12,695 bases of DNA. Origin: Copranaerobaculum intestinale. GTDB lineage: Bacteria > Bacillota_I > Bacilli_A > Erysipelotrichales > Erysipelotrichaceae. This document shows positions 6,601-12,586 of the stretch, piece after piece; the first letter of the stretch is position 1; every line of letters begins with the position of its first letter. The notes beneath the pieces are model-generated. The model was not told the DNA's origin. It did no database searches and saw nothing but the letters and a program-made list of their open reading frames with translations. The translations under genes were made by a program, and so were the position numbers. The stretch is taken from NCBI RefSeq assembly GCF_009831105.1, contig NZ_WUUQ01000009.1:1-12695 (forward strand), in the 5' to 3' direction.

Positions 6601-7678
6601 ATTGAGGGAGCAAAGCAATTCGCCGCTGCATGGCATCCGGATTGGTACTGTAGGTAATGGCGGTCGCTTTGGAGATTTTCCCCTCCTGTAACAGCAGGAT
6701 CAGACTTTCATCCATGGTGATCATGCCCGATGCGCGGTTGGAATAAATCGTATTATCAATCTGGTGAGTCTTTGCTTCACGAATTTGCGAGCGGATCGCT
6801 TGATTGGCAATCATGATCTCAAATGCCGGAATCAGGGTACCGTCCACACAAGGAACCAGCTGCTGGGATATAACGGCATGCAGAACCATTGATAATTGAA
6901 TGCGAATCTGCTGCTGCTGATTCGGCGGGAAAACGTCAAGGATTCGATCAATGGTATTGGCTGCGCCGATGGTATGCACAGTTGATAAAATCAAATGTCC
7001 GGTTTCCGCTGCGGTTACCGCTGTTTCGATGGTCTCCAGATCGCGCATCTCGCCTAGCAGAATCACTTCCGGAGCCTGTCTTAAGGCAGAACGCAGAGCA
7101 CTGATATAATCCGTTGTATCATGATCGATTTCCCGCTGAGATACAATGCTTTTTTTATGACGATGCAAAAATTCAATCGGATCCTCAATCGTAACAATAT
7201 GGGTACTGCGCTCTTTATTGATGCGTTCAATGATGCAGGACAAAGTTGTAGATTTACCGCTGCCCGCCGATCCGGTTACCAGAATCAAGCCTTTTTTGAT
7301 CGCATACATATCGGTGATAATTTCCGGTATGTGAAGCTTTTGGGGATCTGGCAAATCAAAAGAAACGACACGAAGCGCAGCAGCTTGAGAATTTCGCTGT
7401 AAATAAGTATTGACACGAAACCTTCCGATCCCCGCCACTGAAAAAGAAAAATCATTGTCGCCATTTTCCAGAAACCGCTCATAGTAAGGATTTTCACCCA
7501 TTTCATATAACAGCTGTACCATCTGGGCAGTGTCAGCCGGTTTCAGCATCTTATCATCCATATATTGAATGGTACCGTTTACCTTCATCGCACACGGACA
7601 GCCGACGACAATAAATAAGTCACTCGCTTCTGCATTTACAGCTTGTTTTAATAAATTTTCCATCATTTCTCTGTTCAT
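6599..7678 (-). CDS. pilT: PilT-family type IV pilus (retraction-type) hexameric ATPase
   Basis: 359 aa. Motifs present: Walker A GSAGSGKST, Asp box IVTIEDPIEF, Walker B ILLGEMRD, His box TGHLILSTVHT, and the PilT-signature helix AIRSQIREAKTHQI (compare AIRNLIRE). The N-terminus ASDLFI...FSFSVAGIGRFRVN parallels PilT. RBS GAGGAGG. ATGA overlap with the upstream ORF. Confidence 0.9.
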   Translation of the reverse strand: MNREMMENLLKQAVNAEASDLFIVVGCPCAMKVNGTIQYMDDKMLKPADTAQMVQLLYEMGENPYYERFLENGDNDFSFSVAGIGRFRVNTYLQRNSQAAALRVVSFDLPDPQKLHIPEIITDMYAIKKGLILVTGSAGSGKSTTLSCIIERINKERSTHIVTIEDPIEFLHRHKKSIVSQREIDHDTTDYISALRSALRQAPEVILLGEMRDLETIETAVTAAETGHLILSTVHTIGAANTIDRILDVFPPNQQQQIRIQLSMVLHAVISQQLVPCVDGTLIPAFEIMIANQAIRSQIREAKTHQIDNTIYSNRASGMITMDESLILLLQEGKISKATAITYSTNPDAMQRRIALLPQ

Positions 7679-8076
7679 TTTGTCGCCTCCTCGCCGGAAA
7701 TGGTTTTCCAGCTGATTACTTGAAGTTTCTTTCCATTTATCTGTAACGTTACCGACAGCCTTTGTTTAGTATTGATTTTAATTTGATATTGGAGCTGATC
7801 ATCCTGCAGTGTGACTTGGCTATCCTTCAGCACCTTCATCGCTTTTTCACTCTTGAAATTACCGTTTAGCTCCATGATATCCTGTAGGATTGACCGCGCT
7901 TCACCATCTGCTTTGTAATATTCCTTTACATACGCTTCCTGCTGTTTTATCCGTTCATTATCATCCGCTGCTTTCATATAGGATAAACAGGACAGAATGG
8001 TGAAGCACATTACCACAAAGACCATAAAAATGGAAATGATTCCGATTCCAAAGCGAAAATGCCCCTGCTTATTCAT
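7675..8076 (-). CDS. small N-terminally anchored protein, pilin-like/ComGG-like or PilN/O-like (hypothetical)
   Basis: 133 aa. It begins MNKQGHFRFG-IGIISIFMVFVV: a basic leader ending in Gly, then a hydrophobic helix with no Glu at +5. A coiled-coil-like segment and a beta-rich C-terminus follow. RBS GAGGGGGGAG. ATGA overlaps at both ends. Confidence 0.65.
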   Translation of the reverse strand: MNKQGHFRFGIGIISIFMVFVVMCFTILSCLSYMKAADDNERIKQQEAYVKEYYKADGEARSILQDIMELNGNFKSEKAMKVLKDSQVTLQDDQLQYQIKINTKQRLSVTLQINGKKLQVISWKTISGEEATK

Positions 8077-8462
8077 GATACTCCCCCCTCACACAAAACC
8101 GTAAACTCCAGCGTCAAAATCGATTTACCGCTTTTGCGCATCTGTAATTCATAGGTAAACAGCTTTTTATCAGCCGCTCGTTCCCGGATCGAAATACGAT
8201 ACTCACTTCTGATGTCGGTCGGCTGCCATTTCGCATTTGCATTCCAGGTACCCACAGGCACTCGATCCTTTGAAGCAATCGCCTGTTCAGCCATCGACTG
8301 TGCTGCCTCCAGCGCTGCGGAGCGCTCTTCGCTCTCGATGCTGCGCTGATTCGCCTGATAGAAGATATTTACGCAGATCACTGCCGCAGCCGCAAAAAAG
8401 AGAATGGCCACGGCCAGTTCAATGAGATAGCTGATAGATGGTGAAATGCGTTCTTTTCTCAT
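8073..8462 (-). CDS. small N-terminally anchored pilin-like protein with degenerate class III signal (hypothetical)
   Basis: 129 aa. The N-terminus MRKERISPSISYLIELAVAILFFAAAAV contains S-Y-L-I-E, resembling the F-T-L-I-E pilin core, but has no Gly at -1. RBS AAGGAG. ATGA overlaps at both ends. Confidence 0.65.
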   Translation of the reverse strand: MRKERISPSISYLIELAVAILFFAAAAVICVNIFYQANQRSIESEERSAALEAAQSMAEQAIASKDRVPVGTWNANAKWQPTDIRSEYRISIRERAADKKLFTYELQMRKSGKSILTLEFTVLCEGGVS

Positions 8463-8935
8463 ACGGACTCCTTATCGCTGCTTCGCAAAATGACCTGCTG
8501 CTTATAATATGTATCCTTATGCTTGATCGTAAAGGTGATTTTGTTTTGTTCCTGCTTCATATCCAGTTGGGATACATTCATGACCAGAGTCCCTTCGCTG
8601 AAATTCACTTCCCGCGCCGCCGGGATCAAGAGCTCATAGAGCTTGTGATCCTGAAAATAAATCAATGTACGGTAAGCTTCCTCCTCCTGTGAGGTCAGCA
8701 CCAGACATGTTTTTCCCTGAATATTTTCTATCCGTACCCCTTTTGATTCATCCTGGCTGCGGACTTTATTCGTTAAATACGCGAGCGGTGTAGACTTTGC
8801 AAAATTATCATCGGCTCGCTGTTCAATTGTTTGATAGGCATCGATCCCATAGAGGATTGCCAGAAAGGAACCGCATGCAAACACGCAGAATAAAACCATC
8901 GGAAAAAGTATCGTATTTCCTTTGCGCAGCTTCAT
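8459..8935 (-). CDS. small N-terminally anchored pilin-like protein (hypothetical, possibly DUF4860/ComGF/ComGG-like)
   Basis: The ORF opens with GTG at 8944 (161 aa), but the RBS AAAGGGAG is well spaced only for the ATG at 8935 (158 aa, MKLRKG-NTILFPMVLFCVFA). It has a short basic leader ending in Gly and a hydrophobic helix without Glu5. Confidence 0.65.
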   Translation of the reverse strand: MKLRKGNTILFPMVLFCVFACGSFLAILYGIDAYQTIEQRADDNFAKSTPLAYLTNKVRSQDESKGVRIENIQGKTCLVLTSQEEEAYRTLIYFQDHKLYELLIPAAREVNFSEGTLVMNVSQLDMKQEQNKITFTIKHKDTYYKQQVILRSSDKESV

Positions 8936-8940
8936 TTGCC

Positions 8941-9237
8941 TCACTCCCTTTCGATTACATAGATTGAAGGCATGATATTACCTCCGTTATAGTCATAAAA
9001 GATCCGATAATCCTTTTGATTGAGATGAAGCGTATATTGAGCCAGCAGTTCTTCTAGTGTTTTGGGATAAATTCCATGCATCGCATAGCACTGTACCGCT
9101 GCCTTCTCAACACTTTCCTGAATGCGTGACGCTTCTTCCCGATGGCTGCTTGCTTCACTTATCGATATTCCATACAGAAAGCCTATCAGCACCACCAGTA
9201 AAAGTACCAGCGCAAGCAGCTTTTTTATCTTTTTCAT
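8941..9237 (-). CDS. 98-aa pilin-like protein with GspG/ComGC-like head but no prepilin cleavage motif
   Basis: MKKIKK followed by a 20-residue hydrophobic helix. Then EKAAVQCYAMHGIYPKTLEELLAQ, which resembles the conserved Y..(D/N)G.YP..L..L segment of T2SS/Com major pseudopilins. It is the same length as ComGC. It has no obvious SD, and its start lies 1 nt after the platform gene stop (TGAtATG). Confidence 0.6.
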   Translation of the reverse strand: MKKIKKLLALVLLLVVLIGFLYGISISEASSHREEASRIQESVEKAAVQCYAMHGIYPKTLEELLAQYTLHLNQKDYRIFYDYNGGNIMPSIYVIERE

Positions 9238-9238
9238 A

Positions 9239-10273
9239 TCAGCTGATCGTCGACATGATGCTGAGCAGCGGAAGCATCACGCTCATCAAAATGATTCCTA
9301 CCACGACTGACAGAGTAATGACAACCGCCGGCTCTACGATATTCAAATAATGTGTGACTGCACGATCGATGTCCTGATCACACAGCTCGGCAATTTCTTT
9401 TAAAACTTTTTCACCGCTGCCGCTGCGAAATCCCATATACAGCATTTTTGCGTACAATCCTTCATATAACTGACTTTCCATCAGCGCATCCTCGAGACGT
9501 TCCCCTTTGGCTAACAGCTGCTGACAGGCCTCCAGCCGCTGAAGGGTTTTGGGATGATCGACCAGTCCGGGCAGCAAAGCCATCGCGCCCTGCATATCAC
9601 AACCGCTGCTTAACAGCAGATTCAAAGCATATGTCAAACGACCTACCGCAATCTTATCGCCGATCCCCCGAAAGAAAATCGATTGCAGCGGATCATGATA
9701 ACCGTGTTTTCTATGCTGATAATATCGATACACCAAAAAGAAGCCAATCAATCCAATAAGAACACAGAGAATGTAGAAGCCATACTGCCCGATCGCCGTA
9801 CCGACAGTAAGCAGTGTAAGCGCCAGCGGTGATAGCTCCGTTCCCAAAGCATGAAGCACATTTTGAAAAATCGGCAGTACTTTTATGACAATGACTCCGA
9901 TCACCACAATCATGATCAATAATAAGAACAGCGGATAGCTTACAACCTCTTTGATTTTTTCTCGAATTTCCATGTTTTGTTTAAAATAGCTGCTCAATGC
10001 ATCCATGACCTCATCCAGATTACCGCTTCGCTCACCGATTTCAATCATCGACAGAACATAGTGATCAAAACAGTTCAGTTCTTCCAATGCCTTTGACAAT
10101 GTACCATGCAGAATCAATGATTCTTTGATTTGATGAATCAGCTGAGAATCCATATCTCCCTGATCCATCACCTGAAGACCATCGATGATCGGAATACCAG
10201 TATGCAGAATCAGCGCCAGCTGTGAGCAAAATGCGTATGCTTCCTGATCATGCATTTTCTTTCCTGCTTTCAT
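9239..10273 (-). CDS. type II secretion system F family platform protein (PilC/ComGB-like, two T2SSF domains)
   Basis: 344 aa. Two repeats of the T2SSF pattern are present: FCSQLALILHTGIPIIDGL...GERSGNLDEVM...SYPLFLL...VLPIF, and LTYALNLLLSSGCDMQGAM...GFRSGSGEKVL...IVEPAVVI...MLPLLSIM. RBS AAGGAGG overlaps the upstream stop. Confidence 0.88.
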   Translation of the reverse strand: MKAGKKMHDQEAYAFCSQLALILHTGIPIIDGLQVMDQGDMDSQLIHQIKESLILHGTLSKALEELNCFDHYVLSMIEIGERSGNLDEVMDALSSYFKQNMEIREKIKEVVSYPLFLLLIMIVVIGVIVIKVLPIFQNVLHALGTELSPLALTLLTVGTAIGQYGFYILCVLIGLIGFFLVYRYYQHRKHGYHDPLQSIFFRGIGDKIAVGRLTYALNLLLSSGCDMQGAMALLPGLVDHPKTLQRLEACQQLLAKGERLEDALMESQLYEGLYAKMLYMGFRSGSGEKVLKEIAELCDQDIDRAVTHYLNIVEPAVVITLSVVVGIILMSVMLPLLSIMSTIS

Positions 10274-10285
10274 CCTTATTCCTCC

Positions 10286-11185
10286 TTAATAGACATAACG
10301 GTTCTTATACTCACCGTCATACTCTTCACCCTGTGCCGCAAATGTCGGATCGATGCGGTTCCAGATCTTCTTTTTAAAATATACCTGAGGATTGATCCAG
10401 CCCTTTTCTTTAACCCATACTTCAATCCAGGAATGATACTCCTTGCTGGTATAGCCGGTAATCATCCGGGTCGGAATCTGTTGTGAGCGCAGCATTGCCG
10501 CTAAAAGCGCGGTGTAATCAAAACAGATACCTTTATTTGTGACATATGTTTCATCAATGATCGGAAGGACAAACTTATCGGCAACATCCTTAGCTTTTTG
10601 ATCATCGTATTTCACATGAGAAATTACATAATTATAAATATGATAAATGCGGGAAAGATCGGTTTTATCATTCTTTACCAAAGCAAATGCTTTTTTTACC
10701 GCTTTGCTTTCCGGTGTGTAATCAATATATTGACTCGGATAAAGATACGGCAGTTTAGCATCCGCCAACTTCACATCTACGTCCACAGAATGCATGACCG
10801 CATATTGATCACCCTGCTTCTGTTTCAGAATCCGAAATTGATACATGCCGTTTCCCATCTGTAAAGGAAAGCTTTCATAGTCTGTCTTTTTTAGATCATA
10901 ATAATAGACTTCTTTTCCCTTGCTTACCGCCAGTTTCAAAACATCCGGTGAATCCGTGATCCGCTTTGCACAGATATAGCCCTGATCGGTATTGCTGTAA
11001 TCGATCATCGCTAATCCGGTCGGGTCCTGAGCAATCAGAGTCCCGGGACTGCTTGGCATATACATATCTTCTATTTTAGCGGCCGGTGTTTCTACCCCTT
11101 TGCTGGGATATTCTTTGTTTGCGCTTGTCGAACAGGCAGTCGTGAATGCGAGCAGAAAAACCAGTACTATACAGATTCGTTTCAT
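10286..11185 (-). CDS. transglutaminase-like cysteine protease domain lipoprotein
   Basis: 299 aa. Signal peptide with a lipobox-like FTTAC. The C-terminal transglutaminase core carries the Cys-His-Asp triad context: KGICFDYTALLAAMLRSQQIPTRMITGY, YHSWIEVW, GWINPQ...RIDPT. Confidence 0.85.
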   Translation of the reverse strand: MKRICIVLVFLLAFTTACSTSANKEYPSKGVETPAAKIEDMYMPSSPGTLIAQDPTGLAMIDYSNTDQGYICAKRITDSPDVLKLAVSKGKEVYYYDLKKTDYESFPLQMGNGMYQFRILKQKQGDQYAVMHSVDVDVKLADAKLPYLYPSQYIDYTPESKAVKKAFALVKNDKTDLSRIYHIYNYVISHVKYDDQKAKDVADKFVLPIIDETYVTNKGICFDYTALLAAMLRSQQIPTRMITGYTSKEYHSWIEVWVKEKGWINPQVYFKKKIWNRIDPTFAAQGEEYDGEYKNRYVY

Positions 11186-11210
11186 ATGCCCGCCTCACTT
11201 TCTTCCTCTA

Positions 11211-12077
11211 TTATAAGTTCTTTAACCACTCCAACGCAATCGTTTCAGACACGATCCGCGTACCGTTGTCTCCATGCCCCAAGCCGTGCTCCACTTTATG
11301 CAGATCACTGCCGCCGCTTTTATACAGATGATGCCGATCACAATAGTCCAGCAGCTGTTCACTGTTTGTCCAGCTATGCCGCCGGTGCAGACATTCTATT
11401 CCATCCAGCAGCTGTTCATCAACAAGCTGATCGATTAACTTCCATGTATCTGATACATCATAGACAAACGGGTGAGCCAAAAACGTTAAACCGCCGCTGG
11501 CGTGAATTGCATCAGCAACCTGTTTCATCCCCGGTGCATGTTTCTCCTGTTCCATATAAAACGGACTTTTTGGATTCAGATAATGATTACGGTAAAAAGT
11601 TGTGCGATTTTTAATATGCATTTCATCCAGCCGTATTTTATTTTCGGGATACGCCATCAGCTGATCACACAGCACATCATTTGCCCGTTCATAGCTTGCT
11701 TTGATCCGTACTTGCCGATTTATCTTCAATCCCAGCCCTTCACATATTGTGAAAAGTGAATCCAAGCGGCTTTGTTCCCGACGCATAATCTTTGCTTCGT
11801 CGTGGTGGTGAAGTAATCCGCTTGCTTCCATGCGTTTTCGATCTACCCCATATCCTAACATATCCATTGTTAAGCCTCGATAAGAAAAAGTCATTTCAAT
11901 ACCGGGCACCAGCGTTCCATGAAAAAGCTGCTGCTCTTCCATATGCTGATAAGCCTCCATATTGTCATGATCAGTAATCGCAAAATAGCAAAGCTTATGA
12001 TCCTCGGCGAGCTTCAGCAGTTGGTTTGGCGTACAGATGCCGTCTGAATAGCTGCTGTGTGTGTGCAGATCCATCAT
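11211..12077 (-). CDS. PHP domain metal-dependent phosphoesterase (TrpH/YciV-like)
   Basis: 288 aa. Motifs MDLHTHSSYSDG, AITDHD, GIE, LAHPF and GGSDLH. RBS AAAGGAG 7 nt upstream. Its stop lies 25 nt before the lipoprotein gene, with no terminator between them. Confidence 0.85.
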   Translation of the reverse strand: MMDLHTHSSYSDGICTPNQLLKLAEDHKLCYFAITDHDNMEAYQHMEEQQLFHGTLVPGIEMTFSYRGLTMDMLGYGVDRKRMEASGLLHHHDEAKIMRREQSRLDSLFTICEGLGLKINRQVRIKASYERANDVLCDQLMAYPENKIRLDEMHIKNRTTFYRNHYLNPKSPFYMEQEKHAPGMKQVADAIHASGGLTFLAHPFVYDVSDTWKLIDQLVDEQLLDGIECLHRRHSWTNSEQLLDYCDRHHLYKSGGSDLHKVEHGLGHGDNGTRIVSETIALEWLKNL

Positions 12078-12114
12078 AAAGTAGCTCCTTTCGGATGAAA
12101 TAGTATCATAGATA

Positions 12115-12123
12115 TGATATAAT
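12115..12123 (+). promoter_or_regulatory. candidate extended -10 promoter of the VOC gene
   Basis: The plus strand reads TGATATAAT. Its TATAAT (12118-12123) overlaps the minus-strand TATAAT (12122-12127) by 2 nt. Confidence 0.45.
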
Positions 12124-12150
12124 TATACCATAAAGAGAAACCTGTTTCTC
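12122..12150 (-). promoter_or_regulatory. candidate extended -10 promoter of the PHP-to-pilT operon, with palindrome over the -35 region
   Basis: The minus strand reads TGGTATAAT (12122-12130). The best -35-like hexamer, TTGAGA, sits at a suboptimal 19-nt spacing. The perfect inverted repeat GAGAAAC-CT-GTTTCTC (12135-12150) covers that region. Confidence 0.5.
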
Positions 12151-12198
12151 AAACCATAACACCGAAAAATGATTCATTCAAAGTCTGGAGGGAAGTTT

Positions 12199-12558
12199 AT
12201 GAATTCATTCGTCGCTTTTTATCCCTGCCGGGATATTGAGGAAACCAAGACCTTCTATACCAATGTCCTGCATTTCCCGATCTGGCATGAACAATACAAG
12301 GCCGTTATCTTTGATACCGGATACGGCTATCTGGGATTTGCCCAGTATGCAGATAAACCTCTGGCTACATCAGTCATTATCTCGTTCAACTGTCAGGATG
12401 AGGTAGAAGTAGATGCCATGTATAAGCGTTTCTATGAAATGGATGAGATTCATCTGCTGTCATATCCGAAGCGGCAGGATGGATTCGATGTTTACTCGTT
12501 CTTCATTGAAGATCCAAATGGTTATCAGTTGGAATTTCAGAAAATTTTAGGATTATAA
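12199..12558 (+). CDS. VOC (glyoxalase/bleomycin resistance/dioxygenase fold) family protein
   Basis: About 119 aa, small beta-alpha-beta-beta-beta fold pattern ending FFIEDPNGYQLEFQ. The ORF opens at 12169, but GGAGGG (12187-12192) is correctly spaced for the ATG at 12199. Confidence 0.75.
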   Translation: MNSFVAFYPCRDIEETKTFYTNVLHFPIWHEQYKAVIFDTGYGYLGFAQYADKPLATSVIISFNCQDEVEVDAMYKRFYEMDEIHLLSYPKRQDGFDVYSFFIEDPNGYQLEFQKILGL

Positions 12559-12585
12559 AAAAAGCTCTGACGAGCTTTTTCTTTA
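12559..12585. terminator. bidirectional Rho-independent terminator
   Basis: Hairpin aaaaagctc-tgac-gagcttttt with flanking A and T tracts. It sits between the VOC stop (12556-12558) and the convergent transposase stop (12587-12589). Confidence 0.8.
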
Positions 12586-12586
12586 T

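Noticed and set aside
6247-6636. 129-aa minus-strand ORF
   Set aside because: It lies antisense to ytaF and runs through the terminator hairpin. It has no RBS.
9057-9759. Plus-strand ORFs 9057-9350, 9122-9310 and 9448-9759; likewise 6889-7104, 7121-7402, 8237-8425, 8438-8692, 10250-10486, 10598-10864, 11146-11331, 11186-11614, 11502-11759 and 11792-1977
   Set aside because: All lie antisense to operon genes that carry strong family motifs or RBS-coupled starts. They have the R/P/S-rich or low-complexity composition typical of shadow frames. (The last range should read 11792-11977.)
6599-10273. Could this simply be a canonical comG competence operon?
   Set aside because: Not accepted as such. 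comG runs ATPase (ComGA), platform (ComGB), ComGC-GG, with GFTLxE prepilin motifs on most subunits. Here the ATPase is PilT-type and comes last, and no subunit has an intact motif. A divergent Com-like origin remains possible and is stated in the findings.
6599-10273. Tad/Flp pilus or SpoIIIA sporulation channel
   Set aside because: Tad systems use a CpaF-type ATPase, two separate single-domain TadB/TadC platform proteins and a tiny Flp pilin. SpoIIIA has a SpoIIIAA ATPase first, a short SpoIIIAB, and characteristic AC-AH proteins. Neither matches the two-domain platform plus PilT-signature ATPase seen here.
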